Positions 57,699-64,000 of a stretch of DNA of 64,000 nucleotides are shown one piece after another. Each line of letters starts with the position of its first letter. Positions within the stretch are counted from its first letter, which is position 1. The notes beneath the pieces are model-generated. The model had not been told where the DNA came from. It did not search any database and saw only the letters and a list, made by a program, of their open reading frames with translations. Origin of the DNA: an uncultured virus (IMG/VR IMGVR_UViG_3300010885_062553) (lineage: Duplodnaviria; Heunggongvirae; Uroviricota; Caudoviricetes); the IMG/VR virus record IMGVR_UViG_3300010885_062553, one strand, 5' to 3'. The position numbers and the translations under genes are program-made.

Positions 57699-59468
57699 AT
57701 GTCAGATCTAAAGATATTAAAAATAGATAGAGGCGATTCTCAAAAAACTCTAATAGATAAGGTAAATTATAATTTTTCTAGTATCGTTTCTTTTGGAGGA
57801 GGACCTTATGGAAAAACTGGAAAAGCGGGGACTCAGGGGGATCAAGGTGGTATTGGACCAACTGGGTCTTATGGAGATCCGGGTGTAAGAGGTCAAACCT
57901 GGTTTGTTGGAGCCAACAATCCTACCAGTCCAATCCAGGGGGATCTGTGGTTAAATACAGGAAATTATAATACTGTCTATAAATATGAGAGTTCTTCCTG
58001 GAATTTATACGATCTAAATCTAAGAGCACAAGATGTTTTTAGAATCTATACTCCGATAGTATCCGGATTTTCTAATTCTGGGTATTTCAATTCTTCAGTA
58101 AATCCATTAAACTATACTCTTGTATTATCGGACTCCTCTTTTTCTCTTGCTGGAAACAGTCTAAATGCTTTTAACCCGCAGTCCAGTAAGGTTGTTATCT
58201 CTACGAATAGTCTGATAGCTCAAAGAAAAATTTTAGAATTCTCTAAATCAGATTCCGACTCATTAGCATTTTCTAAATCACCATCTTTTTATTGGGTGGT
58301 TGGACCAACAACAGGTAAGGAAACATGGGAAACTGGAACCCCTGCTACTAGTGGAAATTATGGATTGATCTTAAATTCTCCTGAAGGATTTCTAGTTAAT
58401 AGTAAAAAATCATTTAACATAAATTCCTCTTCCAATTTTTATTCGTATTCAAATGGAATCTCTATAAACACGTCTTCAAATTCACCTATTGTGTTTAATT
58501 CTGGATCTTATTTTAGCCTTTCGCTTTCTGGTGGAGTTTTAAAATTATCATCTTCTAATCTATACGCATCATCATCTAATATATTAAACTATTCAGGAGC
58601 ATTTCTTTATAATAATTTATACGATAACTCTAGAGACTCTAAAGCTTTTAGAATAAGTAGTTCAGGAAACACTTCAAATTTAATAGTTAATAATTCTCTG
58701 GCTCCAAGCAGAAATTCTACTCTTCTCCATATAAGGGACACCTATTACGGAAATGACGTTTTAAAATTATATTCAAATGGTGATCTTTACGCTTTAAGAA
58801 AATTTAATGCAATCCAAAATCCAGTATGGGTTAATAACGGGGGAACATCCTCAGTGGAGTTACCTGGAACTGGTGGGAGTCCGAGTCTGCCAAAAAGTAC
58901 TGTATATTGGCTTAATGTTGTTCCTTCGGTAGCTAGTGGAGGAACTGGACCTTTTGAAAGCTGTCTTTTCTGTAGCTCTGGTACTGATTTTATAGTGGAT
59001 CCTGCTAACTATGGACCTAATGTCAATCTTGGGATATCTTTATGGACACCAGCATATTCTTCAAATTCTATGGACTCTGTATCAAATGGAGGATGGCTTA
59101 ATCTTTTAAATGATCTGGAATCGATAACTTTTACCGTTAGAATGAAAACTCCAGGAAGATATTTTAGATTCGTTGGGTTAAATACAAATACTGGATTAAC
59201 CGGAGCGCCTGATGGAGCTGGACCTACTGGTCCTGCTGATACATATGGAAATTATCAAGTTCATATGCTTTCTGCAACAGGAGCTCCTGGTGCAACAAAT
59301 ATAGAATTCACAATACTTAATTTATCAAATGGAGTTGCTAGATCGCAAACTGATAGATGGTTTAAAGTCTACTATTCAGCTTACGGTGGTCTTTCTTCGG
59401 CTACTGGAAGTTCAGAATATAGCGTTTCGGGTGTTTTGTGTAAGAATGGAACAATAACTTATATTTAA
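57699..59468 (+). CDS. Collagen-repeat tail fibre-like protein, paralogue 2
   Basis: 11 Gly-X-Y triplets, same architecture as paralogue 1. Confidence 0.7.
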   Translation: MSDLKILKIDRGDSQKTLIDKVNYNFSSIVSFGGGPYGKTGKAGTQGDQGGIGPTGSYGDPGVRGQTWFVGANNPTSPIQGDLWLNTGNYNTVYKYESSSWNLYDLNLRAQDVFRIYTPIVSGFSNSGYFNSSVNPLNYTLVLSDSSFSLAGNSLNAFNPQSSKVVISTNSLIAQRKILEFSKSDSDSLAFSKSPSFYWVVGPTTGKETWETGTPATSGNYGLILNSPEGFLVNSKKSFNINSSSNFYSYSNGISINTSSNSPIVFNSGSYFSLSLSGGVLKLSSSNLYASSSNILNYSGAFLYNNLYDNSRDSKAFRISSSGNTSNLIVNNSLAPSRNSTLLHIRDTYYGNDVLKLYSNGDLYALRKFNAIQNPVWVNNGGTSSVELPGTGGSPSLPKSTVYWLNVVPSVASGGTGPFESCLFCSSGTDFIVDPANYGPNVNLGISLWTPAYSSNSMDSVSNGGWLNLLNDLESITFTVRMKTPGRYFRFVGLNTNTGLTGAPDGAGPTGPADTYGNYQVHMLSATGAPGATNIEFTILNLSNGVARSQTDRWFKVYYSAYGGLSSATGSSEYSVSGVLCKNGTITYI

Positions 59469-59475
59469 AATAGAT

Positions 59476-61263
59476 ATGCACTTTAATACAAAATATATTT
59501 TTCAGGGGGATTCAGAGGATGAGATTGTCAGAAAGACCAATTATAATTTTGGTCAGATTATATCTTTTGCTTGTGGTGTGGACGGACATTTTGGACCCAA
59601 AGGATCAACCGGACAAATTGGGCCTTCCGGTAAGAAAGGGGCGGCCGGAATTTCCGGTCCAAGAGGATCTCTTTGGTTTAGACAAAATTTACAACCGGAT
59701 TCCAATTTAATAAATCCTGGGGATCTATGGATAGACACCTCAACTTTATATGGAGCGGTTAATTCTTTAAGTGCTACCGGAGCCTGGAATCCTACTGGAT
59801 ACTCTGTTTTATTTTCTCCTTATTTTAAAACGTACGATGGTGTACTTGGACCTGGTCGTTTTTTTGATAAATATGCTATAGGTTTAAGCAATTCTGGTAA
59901 ATTAATAGAGAGCGAGACAAGTTTGGTTTTTAGTGACAAAGATGTTTCTTTATTAGACTCTAATCCAAACAGAAGCAAATTAGTCATTTCAACTTTAGAT
60001 CAATCTAGTAAACCTATATTATCTTTTATTAAGTCGAATAGAGTGGTGTCAGGTGGACCTTCTTTTTATTGGACCTCCCCAGGATCTTACTCTTTAACTT
60101 TTAAAACAGATTCAGACCTTTCAATAAACTCTCTCTTTTCAGCTAATTTATTTGCTCTAGGTCCTACTGGGAGTCCGAGTCTTTTAGCCAGTCCATCCCT
60201 AAGCTTTTCTGGAAATTCTATGTCATTTTCTCAGTTAAGCCCTACCGGGGGAATTTATTTTAGCGGGACTGGAGATTTTTCTTTATATTCAAACACCACA
60301 GTTGGATCAGGTTCAAATTTTGTAGTGAATTCCAATTTGATTTCAATCAGCTCCTCATATTTCAGTCTTTCTGCTTCATCCGCAGAATCCTCTTGGGTAG
60401 ATATAAGCAGCACGGGGGGTACCCCAGGGGTTGGGTCTTATATTATGAATATTTCTAAAACCCCAACAACAAGTTTACCTAGCTCTACAGTTACTTCAGG
60501 AACATATCCAACTGTTTTAATTGATGCTAGTAAAAATAATTATGCACTAAATGTCTCACAGAAATTTACAGGTGGGGCTACCGCTTATACTATTTTTTCT
60601 TCTAGCCCCAGAAAATATGAGGTCTATTCAAATGCAGAGATCATAAACAAGCCTTTTGTTTCCCAAACGAAATTTGGTGCTATAAACCCCAGTGCTACCG
60701 GGGGAACCGGCGGACCTTATTTTTATCATGTTAAAAAGGTTTCAAGGGTTTATCAATTTTCTCCCCTTAGCTATCTGGGAACCATTGATTATTATAGCAA
60801 AGCAACTGCCCAATATGTATATTATGGACTTGACCTTTCCAATCCAAATTATTGGCTCGGTAATGATATTATAGTACTTAGTCAGCGTTTGGTATTTGGT
60901 GCGGTTTCAAACCCCTATATAAAAATACCAGGGTCTGAGATATTCTCTTACGGTGGATTCGAATCGAATAAAACTTATCGTATTATATTTGACGCTAACA
61001 ACCCTTATTACACTTACTATAATACTCAAAGAAATACATATTCGATCGGAAGATTTAGAGGACTTATGTGGCAATCTTCCGCTGGGATATATCGTTTATC
61101 TTTTCCTTCTCGTATAGGTGTAGCAGGTTCTTATGGTGCTCATTATGTTGATATTACTTATGTGGACATTCCAGGATTAAGCCAGGGAAAAAGAGTTCTT
61201 TATAAATTATCTACCGGATCTGCTGGTTTTGCAATATTGGGCAATCAGCTTTTTGTAGAATAA
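59476..61263 (+). CDS. Collagen-repeat tail fibre-like protein, paralogue 3
   Basis: 11 Gly-X-Y triplets, same architecture as paralogue 1. Confidence 0.7.
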   Translation: MHFNTKYIFQGDSEDEIVRKTNYNFGQIISFACGVDGHFGPKGSTGQIGPSGKKGAAGISGPRGSLWFRQNLQPDSNLINPGDLWIDTSTLYGAVNSLSATGAWNPTGYSVLFSPYFKTYDGVLGPGRFFDKYAIGLSNSGKLIESETSLVFSDKDVSLLDSNPNRSKLVISTLDQSSKPILSFIKSNRVVSGGPSFYWTSPGSYSLTFKTDSDLSINSLFSANLFALGPTGSPSLLASPSLSFSGNSMSFSQLSPTGGIYFSGTGDFSLYSNTTVGSGSNFVVNSNLISISSSYFSLSASSAESSWVDISSTGGTPGVGSYIMNISKTPTTSLPSSTVTSGTYPTVLIDASKNNYALNVSQKFTGGATAYTIFSSSPRKYEVYSNAEIINKPFVSQTKFGAINPSATGGTGGPYFYHVKKVSRVYQFSPLSYLGTIDYYSKATAQYVYYGLDLSNPNYWLGNDIIVLSQRLVFGAVSNPYIKIPGSEIFSYGGFESNKTYRIIFDANNPYYTYYNTQRNTYSIGRFRGLMWQSSAGIYRLSFPSRIGVAGSYGAHYVDITYVDIPGLSQGKRVLYKLSTGSAGFAILGNQLFVE

Positions 61264-61309
61264 TGGGAATAAGAATAAAAAATAGACAATAAACAAAAAA
61301 GAGATAAAT

Positions 61310-61573
61310 ATGATAAATCTAACAAAAAAAGAAAAGAAAGAGATCCTCAGATTTTCTAGTAATTATATAAATCTTCACAATGAAATAGTGAAGGTAGAAA
61401 GTGAAATAAAAAACCTAGAAGAAAGATCATCTGAGCTTATCCAAGATCTCGAAGCTTGCAGAGAAGAGGAGTCAAGATTCATGGAAGCACTAAATAAAAA
61501 ATATGGTGAAGGCCAAATAGATCCGATGAGTTTGTGTTGGAGCCAAAAAAAATTGATACAAAATGACTTATAA
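61310..61573 (+). CDS. Small coiled-coil protein
   Basis: 87 aa with heptad pattern, ends KKYGEGQIDP; overlaps the next gene. Confidence 0.6.
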   Translation: MINLTKKEKKEILRFSSNYINLHNEIVKVESEIKNLEERSSELIQDLEACREEESRFMEALNKKYGEGQIDPMSLCWSQKKLIQNDL

Positions 61574-62396
61574 AAACGAAGAAGGAACCATTAAATTTCT
61601 ATCTAGCAGGCTCTTCTTAATAATTGCTATAGCGATTTTAATTATGCTGCTGCTAAGACAGTGTAAAGCAACATCATCGGCAGAAGCTGAAGCAAAAAGG
61701 GAGCATAACAACTATTTAGCCGAAATGGATAGCGTTAGATTAATTTCAAAAAGTAAAGATAAAGTTGTATACGAAAAATCCGCATTTGAAAGAAAGGTTT
61801 CTGAATTAACACAGAAAGAAAAGGATCTAATACATCAGCTTGAACTTAAATCTAATGGAAAGGGAACAACACCAAAAACTGTTATTCAAACGGTTACCCA
61901 ATATGTTGACACTTTTAGAAATATTGCAAGTAGTGTAGTCGAGGATACTAGCGGAGGGACATCTTTGACCTTTAAATACGAACCAAAATTGCCGGGTAAT
62001 AATAAATTCTCTCTTACTGGTAAAACCCCTTATGTTATAGAATTTACAAGAAATCAAAAGGACACTGCAGAAGTTTTTGCTAAACTTAATCCAGGAAATA
62101 CCGAGGTGTCCATGTCGCAGAATATTGATCTAGTAACTGGAATTTATAGGGATCCTAAATCAAAAAGACTTATGACTCGTGTTAGTACAACATATCCTAA
62201 TATGACTTTCAGTAGCATAAACTCTTTTGATATAACCGATAATCCAGATACCAGAGATATTATGAAGAAAGCTAGAAAAGAATGGGGCGTAGGATTTACC
62301 ATTGGATATGGAATAGCAGGTTCTTCAACAGGAATAAAAACAGGACTTATACTCGGTATTGGTCTTCATTATACGCCAAAGTGGCTTCAATTCTGA
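61563..62396 (+). CDS. Membrane-anchored envelope protein, candidate spanin-like lysis protein
   Basis: N-terminal hydrophobic helix LFLIIAIAILIMLLLRQC, coiled coil, C-terminal Gly/aromatic beta-hairpin WGVGFTIGYG...GLILGIGLHYTPKWLQF. Confidence 0.5.
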   Translation: MTYKNEEGTIKFLSSRLFLIIAIAILIMLLLRQCKATSSAEAEAKREHNNYLAEMDSVRLISKSKDKVVYEKSAFERKVSELTQKEKDLIHQLELKSNGKGTTPKTVIQTVTQYVDTFRNIASSVVEDTSGGTSLTFKYEPKLPGNNKFSLTGKTPYVIEFTRNQKDTAEVFAKLNPGNTEVSMSQNIDLVTGIYRDPKSKRLMTRVSTTYPNMTFSSINSFDITDNPDTRDIMKKARKEWGVGFTIGYGIAGSSTGIKTGLILGIGLHYTPKWLQF

Positions 62397-62412
62397 AAAT
62401 AATTAAAACTGA

Positions 62413-64000
62413 ATGTCTTATAGCACAACCTCTAAATTTGTTCAACTTACTCCGTATTTACTTATGGAGTACATGTATGCTTCTACACCCACGCCAGAGG
62501 CTCACTTCACCAATACCGGAACAGATGTAGTTGGGTATGATAAATTGGTGAATGGATTTAGAGGAAATTCTATCCAGATATTTAACCCTAAAACAAACTT
62601 TTCTATAACTCAGAATTCACCACAGAATAGTGTGGTTAAGATATCTGAAAATTCTTTCGTTACCCTTGATTCGAATTTAATTATTCCGTTTAATGATTAC
62701 TCTGAAAATTTAACTAAATCGGATAATCTGCCGGTTAATTTCCAGTACAATCTTAGTGTTGTTTATGATAGCATTAGATACCATTTAAGAGCTGGATATG
62801 TGCTTCAAAATATAGATGGTATCATACTAGGTGTTGAGTATCAAGATGCTAATACAGACTATGTTACGATGTCTCAGATCCTTTTAAAGAAGGGAACTGA
62901 GCAAGATTATGTGCTCAATCCGAATCCAGTTACAATTGGAGCTGATATTTATGACAAGTATTTTGAAATAAAAATACCATCTCTTAAGAGCATGAATGAC
63001 ACTTATCTGTCAACTGCTCCAGCTTTTCAACCACAATCACTTGGAGCTTTATTAAGTGGCAGCGGTAATGGTTTTTATTATGGAGCTCCAATGAGAATAT
63101 CTGTTTGGCAGGTACAGAGCACGGATAGTTATGATGGATATGCTAGATACAACTGTGCTCGTGCTGCTCTTTTATCCCTCGAGGAGCAAGATCCATTTGG
63201 GAATATTGGTGCTGTTATACAAGAGTCTGATAAAGGTCAATTCTTCGAGTACTTTGCTACAGATAGCGATGGCTTTATAGAGGATTTTATACTCTTCCAG
63301 AATTCAATAGGAAACAGCTACTATATAAATCATCAGATAGAAGTTTTAGAACAAATAGGAGCAGCTCTTATAGAGACATCTAAATTTGATTCGGTTCAAA
63401 CCACAGCCTATGATAGTCCTAGCTATTATAGACCAATAGTTAGAAATGCTGCCTATTCATCTGCTTTTGTTCTAAGGTACACAATGTCTTTAGTTAATAG
63501 CAAGGATCAAACCAGAACAGTTAGAGTTGCAACCTACACCTCCGACGATCCTGCAAAATGGGGGATGACAATAACACCTATACAGTTAAGTAAATATCCT
63601 CAGATCCAAAAAATTTACAATAGAATATTCAGTCAACCTCAGATAAAACTTGGCGGATCTAATACACCGCAAAGTAAAGAGGTTTATAAATTTACCAATG
63701 TTTTCATCCAGCAATACTACGTTACTGCCTCTATGAGTAATCTAGCTCTTCAGGATGGTGTTCTCACCGAAGATTCAAGTTCTTCTCAGAATCTAGCTTT
63801 AGGGAATGGAAAATTGACTATATCCATTTCACCTTTTGATAATTATTACAAATTTAAATTTCTTAAGGGTGGAACAGATGGAGATGCAGTTGCAATGGAT
63901 TTAAGTAGTTCCCCTTATTATATTTCTTTTATAGATGATAGTGGGAAAAAGAGCTATATACCATCACTTTCAGATACCACTATAGCAGTTCCTTCTATGG
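62413..64000 (+). CDS. Putative structural protein, 3'-truncated by window end
   Basis: Open frame from the ATG at 62413 (MSYSTTSKFVQLTPYLLMEYMY...) to the window edge; absent from the ORF track because it has no stop codon in the window. Confidence 0.75.
   Translation, partial: MSYSTTSKFVQLTPYLLMEYMYASTPTPEAHFTNTGTDVVGYDKLVNGFRGNSIQIFNPKTNFSITQNSPQNSVVKISENSFVTLDSNLIIPFNDYSENLTKSDNLPVNFQYNLSVVYDSIRYHLRAGYVLQNIDGIILGVEYQDANTDYVTMSQILLKKGTEQDYVLNPNPVTIGADIYDKYFEIKIPSLKSMNDTYLSTAPAFQPQSLGALLSGSGNGFYYGAPMRISVWQVQSTDSYDGYARYNCARAALLSLEEQDPFGNIGAVIQESDKGQFFEYFATDSDGFIEDFILFQNSIGNSYYINHQIEVLEQIGAALIETSKFDSVQTTAYDSPSYYRPIVRNAAYSSAFVLRYTMSLVNSKDQTRTVRVATYTSDDPAKWGMTITPIQLSKYPQIQKIYNRIFSQPQIKLGGSNTPQSKEVYKFTNVFIQQYYVTASMSNLALQDGVLTEDSSSSQNLALGNGKLTISISPFDNYYKFKFLKGGTDGDAVAMDLSSSPYYISFIDDSGKKSYIPSLSDTTIAVPSM

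Noticed and set aside
55893..61263. Diversity-generating retroelement or invertible fibre cassette
   Set aside because: No reverse transcriptase, no template/variable repeat pair, no recombinase or flanking inverted repeats seen; the paralogues are highly diverged at the DNA level.
1807..62530. Numerous short antisense or alternate-frame ORFs in the track (e.g. 1807..2217, 3502..3954, 13903..14412, 20699..21133, 29108..29482, 43203..43553, 62282..62530)
   Set aside because: They overlap longer genes with coherent motifs and read as shadow frames; none has a recognisable motif.
1..64000. tRNA, rRNA, introns, inteins or homing endonucleases
   Set aside because: Intergenic gaps are mostly under 100 nt, and I recognised no cloverleaf, intein splice motifs or HNH/GIY-YIG/LAGLIDADG motifs by eye. 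A covariance-model scan would be needed to exclude small RNAs.

Overview
This 64-kb window is AT-rich, gene-dense and almost entirely plus-strand. It reads as the virion morphogenesis region of a large (jumbo-type) contractile-tailed phage with a T4-like structural gene set. It opens with the last 52 residues of a gp23-like major capsid protein and a terminator. Next comes a block of probable internal head proteins (0.3-12.9 kb) carrying T4-like N-terminal capsid-targeting motifs and [ILV]-N-E maturation sites; in several, an acidic pro-region precedes a cationic amphipathic helix. An NMP-kinase-like + AsnB-like pair and a NUDIX gene are interspersed. The baseplate core follows (tube-cap-like, gp53-like, hub-like, a 1981-aa protein with about 58 tandem 23-aa repeats, a short gp5/gpV-like spike). 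After that come a ribosomal protein S1-like / amidoligase-like / gp13-like neck unit, gp25-, gp6- and gp7-like wedge genes, very large tail-associated proteins, an inverted phoH, three collagen-containing fibre paralogues in exact register, and a spanin-like membrane protein. A recurring (G/A)ATA(T/A)ATA box upstream of operons is the likely late promoter. A-rich leaders without Shine-Dalgarno motifs and the domain content suggest a Bacteroidota host (inference). I saw no rRNA, tRNA, CRISPR array, IS element or alternative genetic code. All family assignments come from reading motifs by eye; no database searches were run.
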